Source: Octopus vulgaris
Taxonomy: Eukaryota
DNA: 64,000 nucleotides
Direction of reading: 5' to 3'
Assembly (NCBI GenBank): GCA_951406725.2
Contig: OX597818.1
Location: forward strand, 15,934,001 to 15,998,000
The position numbers and the translations under genes were made by a program. The notes under the pieces are model-generated. The model was not told the origin of the DNA. It ran no database searches and saw only the letters and a list, made by a program, of their open reading frames with translations. This document shows positions 53,178 to 64,000 of this stretch, one piece after another (the first letter of the stretch is position 1; every line of letters begins with the position of its first letter).

Positions 53178-53736
53178 AAAATACAAAAATGGGACAAGAA
53201 CGCAAAACATCCAGACAGGTGATACAAAAAAGGGACAACAAAACATCCAGACAGATGATACAAAGAAAACAAGGACGAGTCATTCGGAGTTTTCTATCCT
53301 CTGTCGAGTTCCACATTATCTTTGCAATTTCGGCTGATTATACTCAAGATTGCTCCAATCTGGCCACCCTCAAGGGGAGCAATCTCCAATATAACCAACC
53401 AAAATTGCAAAGATAATCTGGAACTCGACTGAGGATAGAAAACTCTGAATGACTCGTCCTTATTTTCTTTGTATCGTCTGTCTGGATGTTTTGTTGTCTT
53501 CTTTTTGTATCACCTAATTGTCTGGATGTTTTGCATTCTTGTCCCATTTTTGTATTTTTTATATATATAAATATATATAAATAAATAAATAAATAAATAT
53601 ATATATATATATATATATATAAGACAAAGTATAAATAATCATCATTAGATATTTATCTTTATTGTAGTCAATTTGGCTTACAGCTGTTTTCAGAAATCAT
53701 TATAGGTTTGTTATTGATGGATTTACTCAACTGGCT
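53006..53736. repeat. 730-bp imperfect palindrome (arms about 350 bp, 19-nt loop at 53357-53375)
   Basis: Each arm = unique flank + (TA)n + repeat terminus; the arms are reverse complements. Confidence 0.95.
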
Positions 53737-53813
53737 CATTGGTTGGTTAAGAAAAATTGAACAACCTAAAAAATTCATTCTTCTTTCGTCATATAATATA
53801 TATATATTTATAT

Positions 53814-53848
<35 letters not shown>

Positions 53849-54495
53849 TCTGTTTGTCATGTTTTTTTGTTTGTATCCTTCCTTCTTTTATCTAAGGTGT
53901 GTCTTCTCATAAATTTTTTTCATATTTCATGTATCATTTGTCACAAATTTTTCTAATTTAATACTTACATTTGCATGAGGTGAGGACCATAACCACTACA
54001 TGCAATTGACATAATTTTTATAATGCCTGTTTAATTTATCTACACAATTTTTCATATCTGTTAAGTATTGTAAATAAATTCTGTTAAGCATTGTAAAAGT
54101 CTTCTGTTACTATAAGATAAGTTTGAAGCACAGTGAATTACAGGAATCTAAAATATCAATGATGTTTTCTTTATAAATTATGGAGTGTTCTAGAACATAT
54201 ACACCTTAATGTCAGTATACACACATGAAATGCTAGCATATTATTTTCTGATGTATTATAACATAATATTTGGACCTATCCTACACTGGAGTTTTGTCAA
54301 ATTCTCTGCAGACCATAAAAATTGTGAACTCTTAATGTTCAAGAGTATTCTGCTTGGGTTATTTGTTAATTAATTGTTGCTAATTGTTGCTTTAAATCTA
54401 TTAAATGAACATGTGCAATTATGATAAAGTAGTTCTCAGAAGTGAATTTTGAATAGAATGTTACAATAAGTTGTATCATTTTAAGTTTATTGTTG

Positions 54496-54722
54496 AAATA
54501 TTTTTAAAATGTACTTACTCTGTCAGCTTCTGCAGATAATGTCAGCTCAATTAGTGAATAAATGAATACATACCAGAGTTTCAAGAAACTGGAACGAATA
54601 ATGAAGTATTATACGGTTTATGTTCTGAAACAATGACATGTAGTATTTCCTTCATAAAGTGGCATTGCAAAAAGTGAGTAAGAACATATATATTTGCGTG
54701 TGTGAATATGTGTATGTATATG

Positions 54723-54783
<61 letters not shown>

Positions 54784-55689
54784 ATTTCGGAATGGTCATT
54801 TTGCCAGTTTAGCCAATAAAATCACACGCACTACACTACCGTCAGAAATTAATTAGCACCCTTGATTTGCTCACCATGAAGCATGGTGGGGGTGGTCTGA
54901 TGGTGTGAGGGGCGTTCAGCTACAGTGGTGTTGGGCGGCTCTATGCCGTCGAAGGCAACATCAACGCAGCAAAGTACGTTGAGATAGTACGGGATACCTC
55001 TTTGGTGGCGAGGAGTACGTGCTGGCCAGTCACCTGACCTGAACCCTATTGAGAACCTCTGGAGTCGATTGGGTAGGGATTTGAATGTGCAGCAATACAG
55101 GAACCGACACGAGCTGTTTGGGGCACTTCTGCAGGCACTCATAGACAGCATGCCGACCCGCGTAGCAGCTGTCATTGCTGCCAAATATTGACTAAATTTC
55201 ACGATTAATAATTTCACAATTATGTGGTGTGCTGGGATATGTTTTAATACATTTTTGATTAAAAACGAGTTCATTTCTGATAATAAGTTAATTAAATTAA
55301 GAAAATGTAAGAAAATGTAGAAATTTGAGAAGTGCTAATTAATTTCCGACGCAAGTGTATATATTTGGTGTTACTTTGCTTCAGTGTTATTTATTTTTTA
55401 CATTAAACTTAATCTTATTTCAGCCACACATACACATATTCACACACGCAAATATATATGTTCTTACTCACTTTTTGCAATGCCACTTTATGAAGGAAAT
55501 ACTACATGTCATTGTTTCAGGACATAAAGCGTATAATACTTTATTATTCTTTCCAGTTTCTTGAAACTCTGGTATGTATTCATTTATTCCCTAATTGAGC
55601 TGACATTATCTGAAGAAGCTGACAGAGTAAGTACATTTTAAAAATATTTGCTAAATTGGCAAAATGACCATTCCGAAATACAACAATAT
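54496..55689. repeat. Inverted duplication (54496-54718 vs 55428-55649; 54774-54813 vs 55650-55689)
   Basis: Direct reading of reverse-complement arms. Confidence 0.95.
54834..55357 (+). mobile_element. Internally deleted Tc1-like transposon
   Basis: TIRs cactaccgtcagaaattaattagcac / gtgctaattaatttccgacgcaagtg, TA flanks; KHGGGGLMV, QSPDLNPIENLW and IDSMPTRVAAVI motifs. Confidence 0.95.
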
Positions 55690-55743
55690 CTGTTCCAACA
55701 CACGACTTCACATAAAAAATTTTGCACAACAAATATATAAACG

Positions 55744-55775
<32 letters not shown>

Positions 55776-55900
55776 TATGTATATAAATTAGAGAAGAACC
55801 ACCTTTTAGCAATTCAACAATGAAATAAAATATATATATAAAAAATATATATATGTATATAAAATATATAAATTAATATATATATAAATATATATATATG

Positions 55901-55957
<57 letters not shown>

Positions 55958-55959
<2 letters not shown>

Positions 55960-56133
55960 CATCATCATCATCATCATTGTTCGACCGTGGTTGAGACAAT
56001 GGAATTTACCATGCTATGCCAGACTTCACGGTCCATCATGGCATTACGGAGGTCCTGTTGCTGGATGCCTGTATCCCTGGAGATTACATCAAGGTAGGAG
56101 AGTGTGCGCCCTCTGGTATTGCGAGTAGATGGC
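55958..56133 (-). mobile_element. 3' end of a second RTE-type LINE family
   Basis: Reverse complement PSTRNTRGRTLSYLDVISRDTG...AMMDREVWHSMV*, then a (GAT)n tail. Confidence 0.75.
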
Positions 56134-56134
56134 T

Positions 56135-58078
56135 ATCATCATCATCATCGTTTAACGTCCGTTTTCCGCGCTAACACGGGTTGGACGGTTCAACCGGGGT
56201 CTGGGGAGCCAGGGGCTGCTCCAGGCTCCAGTCTGATCTGGCAGTGTTTCTACAGCTGGATGCCCTTCCTAACGCCAACCACTCCGCGAGTGTAGTGGGT
56301 GCTTTTTACGTGCCACCTGCACAGGTGCCAGAGGGGTCTGGCATCGGCCACGATCGGTTGGTGCTTTTTATGTGCCACCGGCACAGAAGCCAGTCGAGGC
56401 GGTGCTGGCATCGGCCACTTTCGGATGGTGCTTTTTATGTGCCACCGGCACAGAAGCCAGTTGAGGCGGTGCTGGCATCGGCCACGTTCGGATGGTGCTT
56501 TTTATGTGCCACCAGCACAGAAGCCATTCGAGGCGGGGTTGGCATCGGTCACGTTCGGATGGTGCTTTTTATGTGCCACCGGTACAGAAGCCAGTCGAGG
56601 TGGCACTGGCAACGGCCACGTTCGGATGGTGCTTTTTATGTGTCACCGGCACAGGTATCACAACTACTGTTTCCATTGATATTTGGTTCGATGTTCATGT
56701 ACATGCACTTGACTCAACAGGTCTCCTCAAGCACACTGAGATGTTCCGGGATCCAAGGTACTTTGAATGGGCAGGGGGTATGCGGAACTGGTGCCGGAAG
56801 CATCTTGGGTCTTAGTAGTCACAGCATATCTCCAGAGATCTCGGTCCTTCGCCATTGCCTCAGTGAGGCCCAACGCTCTGAGGTCATGCTTGACTACCTC
56901 ATCCCATGTCTTCCTGGGTCTATCTCTCCCCCTGATTCCTTCAACTGTTCGGGAGTGGCACTTCTTCACACATCTCTCCTCATCCATCCGCAGTACATGA
57001 CCATACCATCGCAAGCATCGCTCTTGCACACCGCATCTGATGCTTCTTATGCCTAGCATTTCTCTCAGGGTGCTTACACTCTGTCGTGCATTCACACTGA
57101 CATTACACATCCAGCGGATCATGCTAGCTTCATTTCTTTCAAGTCTACGCATGTCCTCTGCAGTCACGGCCCATGTTTCACTGCCGTGAAGCATGGCAGT
57201 TCGCACACATGCATCATACAATCTACCTTTCACTCTGAGTGAGACACCCTTTGTCGCCAGTAGGGGTAGGAACTTTCTAAACTTTGCCCAGGCTATTCGT
57301 ATTCTAGTGGTGACACTCTCTGAGCATCCACCCCCACTACTAACTTGGTCACCCAGGTAGCGGAAACTATCAACTACTTCTAGTTTCTCCCCCTGGAGTG
57401 TGATGGAATCTGTTTTCTGAGTATTTGTGGTGTCTATTGTCCCTGTGCATCTGCCACACATGAAAGCTATCTTATCAGTTAATTTCCCTTTGATGTTGCT
57501 GCACCTCTTATGCGTCCATAGCTTACACTGGGTGCATCTTATGGAGTTTCTACCTACACCTTTCCTACAGCTCGAGCAGGGCCACCTGCCTGATGGGGTG
57601 TGTGCTGAGTTCGCCTTTCTGCATACTATAACTTTGGTCTTTACTACATTTACTCTAAGGCCCTTTGATTCTAACCCTTGTTTCCACACCCGGAATTTCT
57701 TTTTTAGTTCCGGTAGTGATTCTGCTATGAGGGCCAGGTCATCAGCATAGAGGAGCTCCCAGGGGCAACCTGTTTTGAATTCCTCTGTTATTGCCTGGAG
57801 GACTATGATGAATAAAAGGGGACTGAGGGCTGAGCCCTGGTGTACACCTACTTCTACCCGGAATTCTTCACTATATTCGTTGCCAATCCTAACCTTGCTG
57901 ACAGCCTCTCTGTATAGAGCCTGTACAGCTCTTATTAGCCATTCGTCAATCTCCAGTTTCCGCATCGACCACCAGATAAGGGATCGGGGAACCCTGTCAA
58001 AGGCTTTCTCCAAGTCCACAAAAGCTATGTAGAGGGGTTTATCTTTAGCTAGGTACTTCTCCTGCAGTTGTCGGACCA
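56135..58078 (-). mobile_element. 5'-truncated RTE LINE copy (RT C-terminal half, PHD finger, 3' UTR)
   Basis: Open frame [11 protein letters not shown]...LLYADD...DRDLWR, closely similar to the 20-23 kb copy; the N-terminal 88 aa of the tracked ORF is TA-microsatellite read-through. Confidence 0.95.
56298..56652. repeat. About 67-bp tandem hairpin repeat in the LINE 3' UTR, 6 cores
   Basis: ggtgctttttatgtgccaccggcac core repeated with related linkers. Confidence 0.95.
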
Positions 58079-58387
58079 TATATGTATATATATATGTGTA
58101 AATATATATGTATATATCTATAAATATATGTATATAAATTAGAGAAGAACCACCTTTTAGCAATTCAACAATGAAATAAAATATATATATATAAAATATA
58201 TATTTATATATATATGTATATGTATATAAAAATATATAAATAAATATATATATATATAAATATATATATATATAAATATATATATATATAACGGGAAGGT
58301 TTACGAAAATAAACAAAAGACGAAGGCAGGTGGAGTACAAACCAACAAATGTATTAGTATGGCACTCAGGAATAGAAATAGAACAAG

Positions 58388-58425
58388 TCTTTTACGTTTC
58401 GAGCCTACGCTCTTCGACAGAAAGA
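58388..58425 (-). ncRNA. Minimal type I hammerhead-like motif in a Penelope-like terminal fragment (58291-58480)
   Basis: Reverse complement tcttt-ctgtcga-a-gagc-gtag-gctc-gaaa-cg-ta-aaaga: stem I 5 bp, stem II 4 bp, palindromic ACGU stem III. Confidence 0.7.
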
Positions 58426-59254
58426 TACACAGAAAAAAAACAAAGAGAGAAAAAAATGCATGTAGGAGCTAACGGTCCAGATATAGATACAATGAGTATA
58501 TAAGGGCAAATTACGCAAGTGGGTACTGTAAGAGCTCTCAGGTACAGACCAGATTCTGACTAACAGTATCAAGTAGTAAGACGCACACAGATTTGCTTAG
58601 ATTGAGCAATCCCACCGTAATTCTTCAGATGGGTAAACCCTAGGTTCACTTCAGTCAATTATGAATATTTGTAGGGGTTTAAGTCCAAAGTAATTACTAA
58701 GAATACGGAGACTGCTACATCTTCAAATTTCTTTTAATTTTAACAGTTAATTATACAGCATAATTGGTTAACATGACTGACACATTTCTGCTGCATAGAG
58801 AATGTGTAATTGCATATGCAACCTGCAATATTCTTCTATACACCTTCATATCCAAAGATAGATATATTCTTTTATGGCACTGTCATGCCTTTGGTTGTCA
58901 GAAGTGAAAGTAGTCAACTTCGTGTATTTCCGTCAGGTTTATACCTTCGTTAATTTACGCCGTTTATTTACGTACCACCACGCTGTTAGGTTTATAAAAC
59001 AATTGAAGTTCAGTTTAAAGTTTATAAATAAATACATTTCATTCCATGTTCTGTTTAAACTTTATAAATAAATATATTCTTGCATTATTCATTATTGTTT
59101 TTAAAAAAGAAATCACACCAAATCTGCACAAATGACCACCACCACCGCGATCACATACACCAATCATACACACGTGTGTGTGTATATGTGGCTATATGTC
59201 TGACTAATGTGTGTGTGTCTGTATTTATTGTATGTGTGTATAAGTAGTTATATT

Positions 59255-59968
59255 CCTTTTATTGTTTCAGTCAGTTGACTGCAGCCATGCTGGAGCACTG
59301 CCTTGACTGGTGTTAATTGAACAAATCAAACATAGGACTTTTTTTACCGATCTCTTTTGTTGAACCACTAAGTTATGGAGATGTAAACACACCAACACCA
59401 GTTGTCAGGCTGTGACTGGGGGACAAACACAAAGACATATACACATAGATTCACAAACACACACACACAGTAATCTCTCAAATATCGCGGGTGTTCCCTT
59501 CCCAAACCCCATGTGATAGGTGAAATTTCCCAAAGTAGAAACAGTACTGTGCTCTTTTTACTCTTTACTCTTTTACTTCTTTCAGTCATTTGACTGTGGC
59601 CATGTTGGAGCACCGCCTTTAGTCGAGCAAATCGACCCCAGGACTTATTCTTTGGAAGCCTAGTACTTATTCTATTGGGCTCTGTTGCCGCACTGCTAAG
59701 TGACGGGGACGTAAACACACCACCATTTGTTGTCAAGTGATGTTTGGGGACAAACACAGACACACAAACACACAGACACACATACAGATATATATACATA
59801 TATACGACGGGCTTCTTTCAGTTTCCGTCTACCAAATCCACTCACAAGGCTTTGGGCGGGCCAAGGCTATAGTAGAAGGCTCTTGCCCAAGGTGCCACAG
59901 AGTGGGAATGAACCTGGAACCATGTGGTTGGTAAGCAAGCTACTTACCACACAGCCACTCCTACACCT
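59255..59968 (-). mobile_element. Two SINE family A copies (59255-59470 partial, 59552-59968 full); possible Tigger-like MITE end at 59468
   Basis: Similarity to other family A copies; cagtaatctctcaaatatcgcgg resembles a pogo/Tigger terminus. Confidence 0.85.
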
Positions 59969-60292
59969 ACTGTATATCTTTTTTTATTATTTTTATAGTT
60001 ATATATATTTATTTAATTATAAATGCAAAACAACATCATAGAGGAAACAATATAAGCTTAAATGATTAACCGCAATCTGTTAACCACAATATGGTTTTCC
60101 AGGATATGTATATATATATATACATATATATATATATGAGTGGAACTAGACTAATATGTTAATCTTGTTAGCTGTGGGATGGCTATCTCCCCTGTCAGTG
60201 CATAGACATGTGCTTATTTGTGTCTGTGTTTTTAACTCGTATTTCTAGCAATGTTGGTGCTAATCTGCATCCTCAGTCATAATTAGCACAGT

Positions 60293-60340
<48 letters not shown>

Positions 60341-60342
<2 letters not shown>

Positions 60343-63300
60343 TGGAAAGAAGCACACTCTAAAACATTAGAGCAGTAATATATTTTTAGGAAGTTCATTG
60401 TTATGACCAATCAGAGAATCACCATTGGTTTTGCACCTCTGAAGTACTTAGCTATATAGGTGACTCATCAAACTCAAATGGCTGATAGAGCATAACCTCT
60501 CTACAAGTAGAAGAAGAATTATGTCATGGTCAGTTTGTTTTGTAAACAAAAATATATTTGTCCATGCAGGAGATGATGCAGGCAGGATGGGGTGATCCAA
60601 CTTACATTGGTTCTGGCAGTAATGATATTCAAAGATGCTGACACAGGTCTATTCAATGCAGGAAAAGCAGGAAACATTATGGACGAGGACATTGACTAAA
60701 TATTTCTTACCTGGAGTTTAAAAAGTCTTCAGATCAAGCGAGATTTTTAGGATTCTTGCTTTCTCTGCCAATCTAGCTTACATTGTTTACTCCCATTTAT
60801 ATAAGTCCCAGGTTCTTGAAGGAGCTTCTTTTTAATTATACATGGAGTTCCTTCCTCATTTAAGTGTTATATGTAGCTGGCCAGGGACAAGGTGTTGCAC
60901 CTTTCCACTATCCTAAAAGGGGACCTGTGGTTGTTCAGACGTTTCCTAAAGGAGTGCCTGGTTGAATCAAAATATTTTCACGTCTGTGTATTGGATATGC
61001 TACCACTGCTGATGATTCATTCATTAACTCTGGGTTTGATGTAGTTGTTGTTGCCGCAGGTGTTGTTGGAGTCACTGCCAGTGCTGGGTATGATCCTGAT
61101 GGTTCCATTGTTGCTGGCATAGCAGACATTTCCAGCCACAATATTGGTGTTGCTGCTGCCATTGTAACTGTTAGTATTTTTGCCTTTGCTGCCTGATATA
61201 CTACCACTGCCACTGCTATTACCAGTGCTGTTCTTGTTACCATTGCTGCTGTCTTAGTAATATAGTGGTTGTAAAAGATAATGAAGATCTCGAATTATAG
61301 GGAATCTGATACTACTATAGATGAGGGGAGATTTAGGGCTCATTTGGTTACAATGGTACTAGAAATAGATGCCTATAACATTAACTAAAATTTTAAAATT
61401 TGTTGTACTAATGATACCAGTTGGGAATTGAAGAATAAAAAAAAAACCCAAAGATGACAAATTAAAAATAAATATGAGGCATTTATTTATTAAGTTTAAG
61501 TTTAGTGAAATTATGGTGCCCAGGGATGAAGAAAATATATAATGATAATGGACAATGAAAAACATATCATATAAGTAAGTTAGAGATAAAGATCTGGAAA
61601 GTTAAATTAATTATATATATTTCATTACTCAGCATATAACTCCAAACCATGAAAAGAGAAGGCTGAGTGGTGCTCTTTTAATAATGAGAGTGCTATAACA
61701 GAAAGGATATTCAATTAGTTATAATCTAGGTGGGACAGGTTAAATATGAATTAATGGAAAGAATGAGGATCTATAAAATAAAGGATAAAAGGATATGATA
61801 TAACTGTAGATATACTTATTTAATTAATTGAGTTCATATAATGTCTAAACTATGCATTAGTGAGAAGTTTTACTGCGATTAAACCTGTAGTAAAACTTGA
61901 ATGATTTAAAAAATTTATGGACACATACAGAGAAGTCTTCATGTTGCTTGGTTAATAATTATTTGGGCTTATGTGATATGTATTTGTATAGATTCCCTTA
62001 AACATAACCAGCAGGGGGCATTTTGTCCTTGGTATAGATAACCTGAGTCAATGATAAACCAAGCTATGTTATTTAGTACGAGCAAAACGCCCACCCCCGT
62101 CCAATGGATGGTGCTGAGTTGTCAAACATTTAAACCAAATTTTCTCAACACAACTTGTCTGACCGTCCCATAGGCCTCCCCTTTGAGAAACACTGATTTA
62201 ACCTAAATTTGAGACACCAGCAAAACAAGAAATAAAGATAGACTTTTTTCTATTCCAAAGAAAAAACGATTTTATTTACACATATATACAACCGAAGAGT
62301 TTAAAATACCAGTAATGATAAGGTTGTTGACTGGGAGAACACAAACATGGTTTAAACAGTAAGCTTGGCAGGAAAGAAACGTGCCTTTAAGCAGTACAAA
62401 AGCAACAAAGAATGGAGTGTGCAGTTATGTACAGGTTGACGGAAGAAAAGCAGGACAAAAACGAAGCAGGCAAATGGGTTAGCTGGAGGTAAATCTAGAT
62501 GGAAAAGCATGATGAATTTATGAGAACGTAACTGGTCAATTGTAGGTTAATTGTATATGTTTAGAAAATGCAAATATTGCACAATTAAGATGCAAGCAAA
62601 TAGTCTTTTGTTTCTAAAACTGAAGTATTTTGACTACAGTCACCTTGAAATAAAGCTCAAACAATCTTGATTGAACACAATAATGGTTTTCTTTCACTAA
62701 AAAACACTTTTTGGGGTTTAAAGCTATAAGGCAACAAAAATCATTTATTAGCAAGAAAATAGTATTTTCTTCCTTGAATAAAAAGCAATTAGTGTTTTCT
62801 TTTCATTAAAAAATAATTAAGCATGCCTTTATTTCAATAAAATTTTTGGTTTTGTTAAACGAAGTTAAGGCAAAAAAACTTCTTGAGAAACCAAATAGTC
62901 TTTCCTTCCTTCATGCCAAGTTTGAAGAAAATATCTCTTTTGTATCTTTTTTGGTCTCTTAAATATACCGCATTTTGTGGCATTATTTCAAACCAGCCGG
63001 CTTTTTTTGTGCAAACTGCACGTGCATTTTTCTTGCATATGCGTAGTATTGATCGCAACAGCTGATGTACTTGTGCATACAAATGCATGTTCCCACGGCT
63101 TTATCGATCGCATTCTCACCTGCAATCGATTTTTGTAATTTTTTCAAGACTTATACATGCCCTGATACTGTTGGTATCTACATATCAAATTTGAATTCAA
63201 TTGAATGGAGGATGCTCAAGATCCTAGAAGACACACACACAGACAGACAGAACGGATTTTATATAATAGATGTTCTTTTTCCTTAAATAGTGTATATGCT

Positions 63301-63688
63301 CTGTGAGAGATCTGCTATGTTTTTCATATTTAAATGAGCTTAAATGCACAGAGTATGTTCATTTAAAATTAATAGTAGCTCCAATATAAGTCTTGGTAGA
63401 GTTTTGCAGTTTATTAAGGACCATGCACTTATAAACCACATTAAACCTTCTGCAGTAGCCATTTATTCCTAACTTTGGAGTTGCATTTGGATCTATTTGC
63501 TTTAGGAGTTTTTCCACTAAGTGAATTCAGTCTGATCTCCACATATTCATCGTTTTCAATATCATTTGTGCTGTTATTGTAGGTATTGGAAATTGAAAGC
63601 ATAGATCTTCCTGACTCATGGGAGAGAGTAAGTGCAGTGTTATTCTAGCGGTTTGTGGTATTATCATAATTGGTACTACTGATGTTGT

Positions 63689-63736
<48 letters not shown>

Positions 63737-63921
63737 AAATATTATTAGTGCTATTATTCATGCTATTATTACTATTATTATCATCATGACAGCTATTAGT
63801 ATTAATAGTAGCACCATTGCCTGTAGTATTCTCATTAATGTTTGTATTCTAATTGTTATTATCATTTCTGTTATTAGGATTAATAGTAATATTTTAATTA
63901 TATCTGTTGTAATTATTATTA

Positions 63922-63964
<43 letters not shown>

Positions 63965-63990
63965 TATTATTATTATCATCATTATTATTG
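60341..63990 (-). mobile_element. Decayed Penelope-like element (Asn/Ser-rich linker, GIY-YIG endonuclease, terminal hammerhead relic at 60416-60475)
   Basis: Reverse complement CNSKVRNK..NVVYKC..KTYIGATINFK..HLSSFKYE..SLTEHIHYLRKKNI|LNNIAWFII..CWLCLRESIQI; gagt-ttgatga-gtcacct..aggtgc-aaaa-cca-a-tggt near the (TA)n end. The left boundary is less certain. Confidence 0.75.
62079..63270 (-). mobile_element. Non-autonomous Helitron-like element
   Basis: 5' TCTATTATATAAAA followed by (TCTG)n; 3' hairpin (ccgtcca/tggatgg) then CTCG; inserted between A and T without a TSD; removal restores the GIY-YIG frame. Confidence 0.85.
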
Positions 63991-64000
63991 CTAAGGCGGC

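Noticed and set aside
56181-57056. 291-aa plus-strand ORF with internal repeats
   Set aside because: Antisense reading of the LINE 3' UTR tandem repeat
58079-58340. N-terminal extension of the 537-aa ORF suggesting a fusion protein
   Set aside because: Stop-free (TA)n read-through (IYIY); homology to the LINE stops at 58078
60935-61243. 102-aa Thr/Ala-rich ORF resembling a secreted protein
   Set aside because: No recognisable domain, surrounded by stops, and it lies within the span of a decayed Penelope-like element

Overview
AT-rich, repeat-saturated eukaryotic DNA. The SINE/LINE repertoire and microsatellite load suggest a coleoid cephalopod, probably Octopus (inference). No host protein-coding exon can be supported; most short ORFs in the track are microsatellite or SINE artefacts. 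The window holds a near full-length but inactivated RTE-clade LINE (APE + RT + PHD-type finger), a second 5'-truncated copy and older RTE remnants, plus R4/Dong-like RLE fragments in microsatellites. It also holds several Penelope-like element (PLE) remnants with GIY-YIG and hammerhead motifs, four mariner relics, a Tc1 deletion derivative, hAT MITEs, foldback MITEs with telomere-type repeats, a Helitron that cleanly splits a GIY-YIG frame, and about 40 tRNA-derived SINE copies in three families. A CpG-retaining island at about 41.3-43.2 kb looks like a promoter/first exon. Most notable: (1) two unrelated repeats carry a hammerhead ribozyme whose strands are in a non-circularly permuted, pseudoknotted order (30224-30300; 53294-53438); (2) inverted copies of flanking DNA recur at retroelement junctions; (3) two different RTE families are fused inside one long target-site duplication. 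Repeat boundaries were read by eye and are approximate unless TIRs/TSDs are quoted.
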